Shown in pieces: positions 24,620 through 33,743 of a stretch of DNA of 63,352 nt. The translations under genes and the position numbers were made by a program. The DNA lies in the IMG/VR virus record IMGVR_UViG_3300025326_000032, positions 1 to 63,352 of that record. One strand, given 5' to 3'. This DNA is from a virus (taxonomy: Duplodnaviria > Caudoviricetes). Every line of letters starts with the position of its first letter. Position 1 is the stretch's first letter. The notes under the pieces were generated by a model, which did no database searches, was not told the DNA's origin, and worked only from the letters and a program-made list of their open reading frames with translations.

Positions 24620-27184
24620 ATGACTAAAGAATGGGTCTTTCATTGTGGTTGGGAGCCTGGGAAGCTGCTTTTGGGTAATGTACTTTCTGAACAGCCATAT
24701 ACCTTTATAAATCAAGATTGTTGGAATCTAGGTGCGGGCTCACCAGCTATTCAAGATGCTGATGCAGGTGGGAATGTTCGCAGTGGCCGTTATGCTTGCG
24801 AGTGGCCTATTGCTGGGTTCGGTAAAGTAGCGTTTCAAAACCCTAATGCGGTGTTACCCAGAACTAAGAATTTTCTGTGGTACGTCCACGGCATCGATAT
24901 GCGGGGATCAAGTGGTGGTGGTACGCCCCAGGGCGGTGATCGTTATATTCTTGCTCGCTACTGTGATAGGAATAGTGGCTCTTCTCTGCCAGGTACGTAT
25001 TACTTTGGGTTAGAGATGGTCATTCAGGTTGTAGGGCCACCTAGACAAGTTAACTTTCGTATTGTCTATTTTAACAAGTCAACTGGAGCTTATGTAAATC
25101 CTACAGGCAGTACATCACCGAATTTTGTAGTGCCGACAGGTTGGTTATGGTTAGCTTTCCAGATTGACGTCACAAGTCAACAACATCGGTTATTTGTTAA
25201 TGACGTTGGGGTAGGCTCAGGGCCTACAGCTTTTCCTGGCAGCATGGTTACAGAAGGCTATATCCTGCCAGATAATAGTTTCCAGGCAGGTAAAGGTGGG
25301 GATATCGGCCCTAGGATACACTATGACGATTGGGGTTCTTGTCAGGGAGATGATGCTATAAACGATCGGCCTACTGCTTCGACTAAGATGATTCTTTATC
25401 AGCCTAACTGTGATGTTGATGGATTTAGTGATTGGACTGGTGCAGGTGAAACTACACATGGGAAAAAATATGGCAACTGGGATGATGTGAATGATGATAA
25501 CCCCGTTGACCCAGATTATAATGATCCTACGGCAGATGGGCAGAAGCAAGCAAGTAAGTTTGCTGATGAAGCTAGTGGGTTAGTCGAGGGAGCGCGCTTT
25601 CACTGGGATGATATCTATTCTGGCGTGACACCTGAAAATAAGCTAAGTGCTCGCTCAGATGCCGCAAGTTGGATAGAGCTTGCTAATCCGAGCAATGGGA
25701 TCTGGAGGGCAGTGGGCCGAGAATGGCATGGACGTCAGATGAAAGTAAATCCAGAGGGCAACGGTTGGACAACAGCCCGATTTAATAGTTTAGAGGGAAT
25801 GCTAGAGCAGATCCCAACAGGTGGTATAAATGTAGGAGAATTCTATGTTGTTGCTGTTGGTCAGAATCTTATTCGTCCAGCTAAGACTGTAACACCAGTA
25901 CCTGCTTGTCCTGTAGGAGCTTTAATAATATCACCCTCTGGCATTGTGTCAGTTGAAACTTTCGGTACTTGTACTCTGTTGCCAGGCGCTGTAAGTATCT
26001 TACCTACAGGAATGGCTAGTGTGGAAGCTTTCGGTACTCCTCTATTAAATTATATCTTATCATTGTTAGGTATTACATCATCTGAATCTTTTGGAACAGC
26101 AATTATCCAGCCTGGCAATGTAAATATTATTCCAGCTGGGATTATTAGCAATGAAGTATTTGGTACTCACATTTTGCTACCAGGTACTGTAAGTCTCCTG
26201 CCTATAAGTATTATTAGCGAAGAGCTATTTGGAACCGCAGTTTTAGCCTTATATCTCAATCCGCCAAGTATCACTGCAGAAGAAGCATTCGGGACAGCTG
26301 TACTAACATCTATAGTCTATATCAGTCCTACGGCTATAAGCTCTGCAGAAGCTTTTGGTAATGCTACTATCATATTATATCTACTGCCAGCAGGGATTTC
26401 ACCTGAGGAGCTTTTTGGCACACACCTGCTCAATCTTACTCTTCTGATATTGAGTATAACCTCAGAAGAAGCCTTTGGCTTATCAACACTTCACTTGATT
26501 CTATTCCCGACTGGGGTGGTAAGCTCTGAAGCATTTGGTACAGCAATTATTGTTCTTGGTCTATTTACTATCTTCCCAGATGCAATAGCTTCCCAAGAAA
26601 TCTTTGGAGCAATACAGCTTGTTCCAGGCTCTGTTATTATCTCTAATGCTGGTAATATTGCAAGTCAGGAAACTGTTAGCAATCCCCAGTTAAATCTATT
26701 TCTTACGCCAACTGGTATACTCACAAATGAAGCTTTTGGTGTAGTAGTAGTTCTAGTTACTTTACCTATCATATCACCTGCAGGCATTTCAACTGCTGAG
26801 GCATTTGGAGTTATAGTTATCGTAGGTGGTGTGTTAACTGCTCTGCCTTTAGATATAACTGTAGTTTTATATCCTGGTATCTTGACGGTTGGTCTCGAAA
26901 GGGCTATTATAGATATAACTACGCATTTAGGTGTTGGTGATATAATTAAGCATTTCGGTTCTGTGGATATAGCTAAATACTCAGGTGTTGCAGAGATAAC
27001 TAAGCATAAGCCTATTAGTATTATGGATATAACTAAATATTCAGGTATTATGGATGCCATAAGACAGTCTGGAAATACAGACATTGTTATGCACATAAGC
27101 ACTATAGACATAACTAAGCATTGGAACGCTTTAGATATAACCAAACTCTCAGATGTTAGTGATATAGTGATAGAGATTAATTAA
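24620..27184 (+). CDS. Large fibre-like structural protein: LamG-like N-terminal domain plus two repeat tracts
   Basis: W..LAFQID....RLFVND, IHYDD; 14 P.GI.S.E.FG repeats; about 10 DITK-type 9-mers. Confidence 0.7.
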   Translation: MTKEWVFHCGWEPGKLLLGNVLSEQPYTFINQDCWNLGAGSPAIQDADAGGNVRSGRYACEWPIAGFGKVAFQNPNAVLPRTKNFLWYVHGIDMRGSSGGGTPQGGDRYILARYCDRNSGSSLPGTYYFGLEMVIQVVGPPRQVNFRIVYFNKSTGAYVNPTGSTSPNFVVPTGWLWLAFQIDVTSQQHRLFVNDVGVGSGPTAFPGSMVTEGYILPDNSFQAGKGGDIGPRIHYDDWGSCQGDDAINDRPTASTKMILYQPNCDVDGFSDWTGAGETTHGKKYGNWDDVNDDNPVDPDYNDPTADGQKQASKFADEASGLVEGARFHWDDIYSGVTPENKLSARSDAASWIELANPSNGIWRAVGREWHGRQMKVNPEGNGWTTARFNSLEGMLEQIPTGGINVGEFYVVAVGQNLIRPAKTVTPVPACPVGALIISPSGIVSVETFGTCTLLPGAVSILPTGMASVEAFGTPLLNYILSLLGITSSESFGTAIIQPGNVNIIPAGIISNEVFGTHILLPGTVSLLPISIISEELFGTAVLALYLNPPSITAEEAFGTAVLTSIVYISPTAISSAEAFGNATIILYLLPAGISPEELFGTHLLNLTLLILSITSEEAFGLSTLHLILFPTGVVSSEAFGTAIIVLGLFTIFPDAIASQEIFGAIQLVPGSVIISNAGNIASQETVSNPQLNLFLTPTGILTNEAFGVVVVLVTLPIISPAGISTAEAFGVIVIVGGVLTALPLDITVVLYPGILTVGLERAIIDITTHLGVGDIIKHFGSVDIAKYSGVAEITKHKPISIMDITKYSGIMDAIRQSGNTDIVMHISTIDITKHWNALDITKLSDVSDIVIEIN

Positions 27185-27185
27185 T

Positions 27186-27515
27186 ATGCTTACATGGTTT
27201 AAAGACGACAGGCTCCCCAAATTTCAATTCACAGTTAAAGATGAAGATGGAGTTGTTGTAAATTTATCTAATCCTGATGCCACGGCTGCTGTATGCCTAA
27301 TACGAAAAGAAGATGCAGTAGCTGATGTGTTCTCAGGCGCAGGTACCAATGCTACGTTTATTGATAAAACAGTAGGCCGTGTAGATTATCTTATGCCTAC
27401 TGGCGGTATTGATGCGATAGGTATCTACTCTGGCCAGCTTAAATTTACGTTTGCTGATGGCTCTCAGCATACTGAGCGTTTTCAGTTTGAGGTTAAAGCA
27501 AGGTTAGGCGCGTAA
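27186..27515 (+). CDS. BppU N-terminal-like adaptor domain protein
   Basis: D..P.FQFTVKD..G.VVNLS...G.V.Y.......D..G.Y.GQ....F.DG. Confidence 0.65.
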   Translation: MLTWFKDDRLPKFQFTVKDEDGVVVNLSNPDATAAVCLIRKEDAVADVFSGAGTNATFIDKTVGRVDYLMPTGGIDAIGIYSGQLKFTFADGSQHTERFQFEVKARLGA

Positions 27516-28330
27516 TGCCTGTTAGCGAACGCCAGAGAAAACTTATGTGTGCTGTCTGTGGTGATAAAGTTAAGCTTAAGCCTGAACAGACTATACCTGA
27601 TAAGCCTACTGCTTGTGAGATGTGTAGAGCTGAGATTAAGAAAGTTAATCGACCAACTCGTGCTTACTTAATTAAATTAGCAGAGTTATTAAAGACACAT
27701 CTTCCGCCTTATGCTGTACGATTAGCAGTTAAACAAGCACGAAGTCATGCTGGAGGAAAGATGATGGGTCAGATTACTCGTGTTGCTCAACAAGGCCAGA
27801 TAACTAAAAAGGTGCTATCAAGTCAAGAACGTAAACAACTACCAAGAACTGCCTTTGCCATACCAGAACGTAGGGCTTATCCAATACATGATGAAGCTCA
27901 TGCTCGTAATGCTTTAAATCGTGTATCTCAGTTTGGTTCTGAGTCTGATAAAAAGCGTGTTATAGCAGCAGTAAGACGCCGTTATCCAAAAATAGATATT
28001 TCTAAAACTGAAGTTATCAAATCAACGGGAGATAAATTAGACAGAGATATTGTTGGCTACAGAGACGCATCTCTAGAAGAAAAACAGGGTGGGTTTACTT
28101 GTGTTACTTGTAACTTATTTCAGTTTGATGGGAATACAGGCTCTTGCTCAGTTGTCGAAGGCGATATTCAGTCAGATGATATTTGTGATCTATGGCGTCC
28201 TAGCGAATATTATACAGGCATAGTAACTCATATGATGAAGTCTCAGCCTGATATAGATGATATACATGTAGACGGCTTATTGAATATAGATGAACTCTGT
28301 AAGTTTGAATCTCCAGATGACTTAGAATAA
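27515..28330 (+). CDS. Multi-domain head protein: DUF6582-like plus HiPIP-like modules
   Basis: LS..ERK.LP..AFA.P.RR.YPIHD.AHARNAL.R; V.Y......C.TC.LF......C.VVEG.I.....C.LW. Confidence 0.7.
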   Translation: MPVSERQRKLMCAVCGDKVKLKPEQTIPDKPTACEMCRAEIKKVNRPTRAYLIKLAELLKTHLPPYAVRLAVKQARSHAGGKMMGQITRVAQQGQITKKVLSSQERKQLPRTAFAIPERRAYPIHDEAHARNALNRVSQFGSESDKKRVIAAVRRRYPKIDISKTEVIKSTGDKLDRDIVGYRDASLEEKQGGFTCVTCNLFQFDGNTGSCSVVEGDIQSDDICDLWRPSEYYTGIVTHMMKSQPDIDDIHVDGLLNIDELCKFESPDDLE

Positions 28331-29196
28331 TGCTTCCAGTAAGACGATTTTATTTAGAACGCCATACTGATGAATCAGGTGTATCTGGTACTGGCAAGGT
28401 TGCTACTGGCTGTCAATTTCCGTCAGGTAAATGCTATCTTGAATGGCTTGTTTCTCCACGGTCAGCTACTATGCATGATAATATGGATGCAATGATGCAG
28501 GTTCATGGACATAATGGAGCGACAGAGTTAGTATGGATTGACCCCGCTCAAGAAATTATTAAAGGCGACTGGGAGAACAAACACATGCCGGAGAGAAACC
28601 GGACATATACAGCTATTTGGTCTGCTGTACGCTCTGGTAAGATTAAGCGTGGCAAGTGTCGTGTTTGTGGTGCTACTAAGACACAAGCACATCACTACGG
28701 TAACTATTCAGGTACTAAAGGTGTAGTGTGGCTTTGTGATAAGCATCACAGAGCAGCACATGTTAGACTTCGGAAGGCTCATAAAAATATCTCTAAGAAT
28801 GAAGTTATAAAAAGTGATAATTCTAAACATATAGTATATATGATAGCAGCGAAGCCCAATGAACTCGATACGGATTCTCAGTGGTGGCTTCCAGAAGATA
28901 TAGAGGTTCTAGCATGGAGGTTCTTGATAAATTATAGACTTCAGCAAGCTGATATATTTGAGGAACATACTCAGAAGCGACCTGATATATTTTTAGTTGA
29001 AAGTTATGTAGCTCCTACGTCTTTTATGATTACAGACTCAAAAGGTCAAGAACGTACTGTAACACAAGGAACATGGATAGTGGGATTTTGGATTCCAAGT
29101 GACGAAACATGGAATAAAGTTTTACAAGGTCAGATAAAGGGTGCTAGCCCGAGAGGCCCAGGTCAAATAGTATCTGGTGAACTACCGGCTAACTAG
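28330..29196 (+). CDS. XkdF-like prohead protease fused to two N-terminal domains (SGVSGTG domain, HNH-like)
   Basis: C-terminal IVY.....PN..D........E.IE..A..F...EEH...VESYVAP...GTW...W.KV..G.IKG.S..G; middle CRVCG...QAHH...WLC..HH. Confidence 0.78.
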   Translation: MLPVRRFYLERHTDESGVSGTGKVATGCQFPSGKCYLEWLVSPRSATMHDNMDAMMQVHGHNGATELVWIDPAQEIIKGDWENKHMPERNRTYTAIWSAVRSGKIKRGKCRVCGATKTQAHHYGNYSGTKGVVWLCDKHHRAAHVRLRKAHKNISKNEVIKSDNSKHIVYMIAAKPNELDTDSQWWLPEDIEVLAWRFLINYRLQQADIFEEHTQKRPDIFLVESYVAPTSFMITDSKGQERTVTQGTWIVGFWIPSDETWNKVLQGQIKGASPRGPGQIVSGELPAN

Positions 29197-29389
29197 ACTG
29201 ATTCTTATATTTCTTATATATAGTAAATACCCGTTGTCTAGAAAGACTGATATCTTTTCGATTTCCTATACGTCCAAATGACCAACCATCATTTCTAAGT
29301 TGTACAATAAGTCTGTTGCGTTCTATCATCCAAGCTTCTTGGTGATCATTGTTGTGAAACTGTTGACATTTATCACAATCAGTAGTCAT
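29189..29389 (-). CDS. Small HTH regulator
   Basis: ERN..I..LR..G.SF..IG.....LSRQRV..I; has its own promoter. Confidence 0.7.
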   Translation of the reverse strand: MTTDCDKCQQFHNNDHQEAWMIERNRLIVQLRNDGWSFGRIGNRKDISLSRQRVFTIYKKYKNQSS

Positions 29390-29416
29390 CTGTACAAACC
29401 TCAGCTCTCATATCCT

Positions 29417-29445
29417 ATTATAGCGGCTTAAAAGGCCATCGTCAA
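29417..29445 (-). promoter_or_regulatory. Sigma70 promoter for the minus-strand HTH gene
   Basis: TTGACG-17 nt-TATAAT on minus strand. Confidence 0.75.
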
Positions 29446-29536
29446 TAGGTAACTTACGTTAATTTAGACTAATCGGCTTTATGTCTCTTGACTTTCAATC
29501 AGATTTAAACGATGCTATAACTTAGGAACAACTCAT

Positions 29537-30409
29537 ATGGTAGATACTAATAACGTAATACAAGCTCTGCGAAGTAGGATTCGTATTCCTGGTCGTATCG
29601 AGAACGTCAATCCATTTGATCTAACCATTACAAGGATGCCTGCAAATAAGGAGGATATTCTAATGACTAAGACTGCAGAACCAGTGGTCTACGATTTCTC
29701 AAAGGCTACAGATGAAGCGAAGACTGCTTTAGCACTTTCTTATCAGGTAATTAAGTCAGCGCTTGATGTTATGCCTGACGAGATCAAGGATTTTTATGAG
29801 TCTGCCCAAAAAGAGCTAAACTTGGAAGCCATCATTAAATCAGCCCAAGATGCTGCTGATAAGGATAAGGATGGCGAGGATAGTGATAAGGACAATGACA
29901 ATAAGGAGTCAGAAGCCCTAGTCGAGATTGTTAAGTCTGCACTTCCTGGTGTTTTTGAGACTGTCATTGCTAAGACTACAGAACCTCTCTTAGCTGAGAT
30001 TAAGAAGTCTCAGGATCGTATCGATGAGCTAGAGTCTCAGCGGACTCGTGATGAGTTACGCCAGACTGCTCAAACACTTACTGCAGATGGTAGTCAGCCC
30101 TCAGATGGGTTTGTTACTCAACTTGCTCTTATTCAGAAGTCTATGACTCCTGAGCAGTTTAAGACATATCTTGAAGGACAGCGTTCTCAGATTGCGATGA
30201 TTCAGAAGTCGCAGTTATTTGAGCGTCAGTCTAGTCCTATCGCTACAGCTCCAGGCTCAGCTTATGAGGAGCTGGAGGTCATTGCTAAGAGTATTCTCGA
30301 AAAGTCTGAGGTTAAGGACTTCAGTGCTGCTTGGGAATCTGCTATTCACCAGAATCCTAACCTTTATGCGCGATATCAGACTGAACAAGCTAAGGCTGTT
30401 TCTGTATAA
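29537..30409 (+). CDS. Head scaffolding protein (second in-frame start at 29663)
   Basis: Between protease and capsid; coiled coil; C-terminal NPNLYARY; SD AAGGAGG before M43. Confidence 0.8.
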   Translation: MVDTNNVIQALRSRIRIPGRIENVNPFDLTITRMPANKEDILMTKTAEPVVYDFSKATDEAKTALALSYQVIKSALDVMPDEIKDFYESAQKELNLEAIIKSAQDAADKDKDGEDSDKDNDNKESEALVEIVKSALPGVFETVIAKTTEPLLAEIKKSQDRIDELESQRTRDELRQTAQTLTADGSQPSDGFVTQLALIQKSMTPEQFKTYLEGQRSQIAMIQKSQLFERQSSPIATAPGSAYEELEVIAKSILEKSEVKDFSAAWESAIHQNPNLYARYQTEQAKAVSV

Positions 30410-30450
30410 ACTAATATAGGTTATAAGTTATAAGTCTGGAGGATTAACAA

Positions 30451-30843
30451 ATGCCAGGACAAGCAGGTGGAAATCTTATCACACTTCCTGCGTCTGCAGA
30501 TCTAAGCGCATCACAGTTTTGTGCTGTAAAAGTAGACTCCAATGGTCAGGTTGCTTTAGCTCAAGGTAATGCAGCTATCCCTGACCAAATTATTGGCATT
30601 TTACAGAACAAGCCTGCTGCTGCAGGACGACCTGCTGTTATTCAAACCAATGGCGTTTCTAAGGCAAAGGCAGGTGGTGCCTTAGCAACGATTGGTGTTA
30701 AGGTATCTTCTACTGCAGCGGGCGAGTTAGTTGCAGCAGTTACCACTGATATTATTGTTGGTGTGCTTTTAACTGCCGCAGGTGCTGATAATGATATTGT
30801 AGATGTTGTTATTCAAATTGGTGAAGTTACAGTAATGTCATAA
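30451..30843 (+). CDS. Capsid cement/decoration protein (DUF2190-like)
   Basis: A.ADLS..QF..V, IGILQNKP, G.SK..AG; directly before capsid. Confidence 0.8.
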   Translation: MPGQAGGNLITLPASADLSASQFCAVKVDSNGQVALAQGNAAIPDQIIGILQNKPAAAGRPAVIQTNGVSKAKAGGALATIGVKVSSTAAGELVAAVTTDIIVGVLLTAAGADNDIVDVVIQIGEVTVMS

Positions 30844-30905
30844 TTGTTCTAACTATCTTAGTCTGATAGATATACAATTAAGTAAGTGAAGTGAGGTAGA
30901 GAAAA

Positions 30906-31859
30906 ATGCCAGGATATCAGCCAGATGTCGGAGATGTCCATGTTGATGCGCTTTTAACCAATATCTCAATTGGTTATCGCAACAAGCGTTATATCGCACA
31001 AGATATCTTTCCTATTGTTCCAGTAGGAAAGCAGTCAGATATCATTCCACGATTTGACAAAGATAAGTGGTTTAGAGAGCAGATGAAGGTACGTGGCCCA
31101 GGAGCACCTGTTGCCACCTCTGGTTACACAGTTGATAATACTCTTAAATTCTTCTGTGACAACTTTGCTCTCGGTAAGGAAATTCCTGACGAGGTTCGAC
31201 TAAATGCAGATCAACCTTATGACCTAGACCGTGATGCAACCATGTGGCTAACCGAGATGGTTCAGCTGCATTGGGAAAAGAAGTTTGCGGCTGATTTTTT
31301 TGCTACTGGCAAGTGGGGTACTGACTATGCAGAAATAGCAGCATGGGATAATTATGCATCTTCTGATCCTATCGTAGATATTCGTACTATGCGGGCTAAT
31401 GTTCTTGCTAAGTCAGGCCAGCCGGCAAACTTACTTGTTACAAATAACAAGGTTATTGATGTTCTTCTTGATCACCCCATTCTAGTTGAGCGTGTTAAGT
31501 ACACTGGCGGACAAGTTACTGAAGCTCTTATTGCTCAGCTTGCTAGATTAGAGAGAGTGCTGGTCGGTGATGCAATTGAGGCAACTGCACTAGAGGGTAA
31601 TGCTACTCAGACTTATGCGGCTATGTGGGGTAAGCACGCTCTTGTGTGCTATGTTCCGCCTTCTCCTGGCCTATTTACGCCAACAGGCGGCTACACATTT
31701 GTATGGCGTCCTCTTGTCGGTGGTGGAGCAGCTCCGTGGTTTATACGTCGTATTCGTGATGACAAGCTTCGTAAGGATACTATCGAAGTTCACACTTACT
31801 ATGACCAGAAGCAAGTTGATGCAGAGATGGGCCAGCTTGCTCTTAGCGTTATTAGCTAA
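30906..31859 (+). CDS. Major capsid protein (HK97 fold)
   Basis: DVHVD..LTNISIGY.N..YIA..IFP.VPV.KQSD, SDPI.DI, P..GYTF.W; SD GAGGT. Confidence 0.88.
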   Translation: MPGYQPDVGDVHVDALLTNISIGYRNKRYIAQDIFPIVPVGKQSDIIPRFDKDKWFREQMKVRGPGAPVATSGYTVDNTLKFFCDNFALGKEIPDEVRLNADQPYDLDRDATMWLTEMVQLHWEKKFAADFFATGKWGTDYAEIAAWDNYASSDPIVDIRTMRANVLAKSGQPANLLVTNNKVIDVLLDHPILVERVKYTGGQVTEALIAQLARLERVLVGDAIEATALEGNATQTYAAMWGKHALVCYVPPSPGLFTPTGGYTFVWRPLVGGGAAPWFIRRIRDDKLRKDTIEVHTYYDQKQVDAEMGQLALSVIS

Positions 31860-31883
31860 CAGATATATAACTAGGGGTTAGTT

Positions 31884-32237
31884 ATGTCAAGAGGGTATGC
31901 TGTCTTTCACGAAATGCACTACGACTACCGCAATTTAGAACGTGGTGAGTATGTAGAGTTAGAATTCGGCATACAGAAGAATGATAAGTCCCTCTTAAAT
32001 ATTGGCTATATTAAAGAACATGATGGTGATAACTTAGAATCCTGCCTTAGATGTGGAAAGAAGTTTGTGGATAGCTTTTTTCTCAGGCATCACGAGGAGA
32101 CCTGCCCAATGGTTGATATAGAAATTCCACAAGCGTCTGGGCAGGAATCTGAGCAAGAACCAGTTATAGTGACCTCTGGTGGACTTAGTATCGCAGAACG
32201 AGCTATGGCTGCTAGAGCTAACGAGAATGAGAGTTAA
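31884..32237 (+). CDS. C2H2-like Zn-finger hypothetical protein
   Basis: CLRCGKKF.....L..H. Confidence 0.65.
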   Translation: MSRGYAVFHEMHYDYRNLERGEYVELEFGIQKNDKSLLNIGYIKEHDGDNLESCLRCGKKFVDSFFLRHHEETCPMVDIEIPQASGQESEQEPVIVTSGGLSIAERAMAARANENES

Positions 32238-32239
32238 TT

Positions 32240-32752
32240 ATGGCTGCTGGAGCTGCACATCCAAGTGGACGATCTAAGGGGGCGCAAGCGGCAGATGGTG
32301 GTTTTATCTCTAAAAATGGCATAGCTACTATATGTGAAGAAGTCACAATTGCTGAAACTACAGGAGCTGGTACATATTCAGGTTCAGTTGATATACCAGC
32401 TGGTGCAACTATTCTTGATGTTAAAATTAGGAATACTGCTGCATGGACTGCTACTACATCAGCAACACTAATTGCTGGTGATACCGAAGACCCTAATGGT
32501 TTCTACGATGCTATTAACCTTAAGGCTACTGATCTTGTTGTTGGTGAAGAATTAAACTTTGAGAATTTAGGTGGTAAGCCTGGAGTTTATCTTGTTGCAG
32601 CTACTGGACATCGTGATGTATATCGACCATCAGCAACTAAAGTTACAGTAGAAGTAATTACAGTTGGCGCTGCAGGAAATGCAGGTCGTACTCGTATGTT
32701 AGTCATATATGCAGCACCTGCAGCTATTGTTCGTGCAGCGACTAAAGTTTAA
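32240..32752 (+). CDS. Putative head decoration/structural protein
   Basis: IPAGATILDV..AW......L.AGD..D.NG. Confidence 0.7.
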   Translation: MAAGAAHPSGRSKGAQAADGGFISKNGIATICEEVTIAETTGAGTYSGSVDIPAGATILDVKIRNTAAWTATTSATLIAGDTEDPNGFYDAINLKATDLVVGEELNFENLGGKPGVYLVAATGHRDVYRPSATKVTVEVITVGAAGNAGRTRMLVIYAAPAAIVRAATKV

Positions 32753-32795
32753 AGAATAATAAGCGGCTATATGCCGCAAGTGGCAGTAATGCTGA

Positions 32796-32831
32796 ACTAG
32801 CGGCTCGTGTTCTATGGGCCGCTAGTAGTTT
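32796..32831 (+). terminator. Hairpin/putative terminator after head genes
   Basis: 11-bp stem ACTAGCGGCTC/GGGCCGCTAGT then AGTTT. Confidence 0.55.
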
Positions 32832-32846
32832 AGAGAGAGAGATAGA

Positions 32847-33134
32847 ATGCTTGATGAAACTGAGTCTCAGTCAGAGGAAGTACAGCCTGATGAGGGACAG
32901 CCTGAAGTAGAGGCACTTGAAGAAGCTGTCTGGGAACCTACGGGCGGTGGCTGGTACGAGAATTCTATAACAGGTGAGCGAGTTAGAGGTAAAAAGAATA
33001 TTCCTTTTGGAACATTACTTACAACAAGTGCTTCTGAGTCTTCTGAAGAGACTCGTACTATGTGCAGCGTCTGTAACCGTGTTACACTACACATTAATAA
33101 GACTTGTCGAGTCTGCGGTGAGGTAAATGCCTAA
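32847..33134 (+). CDS. Hypothetical protein
   Basis: GGGWYE..GERVRGK motif; C-terminal CxxC pairs. Confidence 0.7.
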   Translation: MLDETESQSEEVQPDEGQPEVEALEEAVWEPTGGGWYENSITGERVRGKKNIPFGTLLTTSASESSEETRTMCSVCNRVTLHINKTCRVCGEVNA

Positions 33135-33345
33135 AAAGCCAGAAGAGTCTAAATCAGTACCTGTAGGAATAGAAGCACATCACTGTTCACAGTGCAATCG
33201 TTCTAATGAGCATTTGCTGTTTGAACACCCTGACGGTTTTATAATGCAATGCTCTAGCTGTAGTTATCAATTTGTGGATGTACGAAATCAGGAATCAGAA
33301 TCAGTTTCCAAAGTAGAAGTAGAGAGTGAGTCTGATGCCAACTAA
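33127..33345 (+). CDS. Zn-ribbon hypothetical protein
   Basis: SD GAGGT; CSQC...CSSC. Confidence 0.65.
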   Translation: MPKKPEESKSVPVGIEAHHCSQCNRSNEHLLFEHPDGFIMQCSSCSYQFVDVRNQESESVSKVEVESESDAN

Positions 33346-33742
33346 TCTTCTACATGGTAGTAAAGTAACAGTCTATGCTGGTGCGGCTCGAACGGCTACT
33401 CCTGCAGTAGCTGAATTTCTTGTTGCTGATCGTGCAATCCGTGGTATTATGATTGCAGTGAATGTTACAGCTAATGCTGCTACTCCTAGTGTTGTTCCCA
33501 CACTGAAAATAAAGGTAGATGGTACATGGGTAACACTAAAGGCTTTTACAGCTATTACTAATATAACAGGCAATGGCTTATATCTCTATATTATTTACCC
33601 AGGTATTTCTGATTTAGGGCTCTCAGGTATCGTTATTGATGAGGTAGTCGCATATCCTATTCCCACTAATTTTGAATTCTCTATGGTTCATGCTGATACG
33701 GATTCTATTACTTATGCAGTTAATCTTGAGTGTTTAAGATAA
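33335..33742 (+). CDS. Beta-rich structural protein
   Basis: AARTAT...NVTA..ATPSV...YPG...DSITY. Confidence 0.7.
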   Translation: MPTNLLHGSKVTVYAGAARTATPAVAEFLVADRAIRGIMIAVNVTANAATPSVVPTLKIKVDGTWVTLKAFTAITNITGNGLYLYIIYPGISDLGLSGIVIDEVVAYPIPTNFEFSMVHADTDSITYAVNLECLR

Positions 33743-33743
33743 C

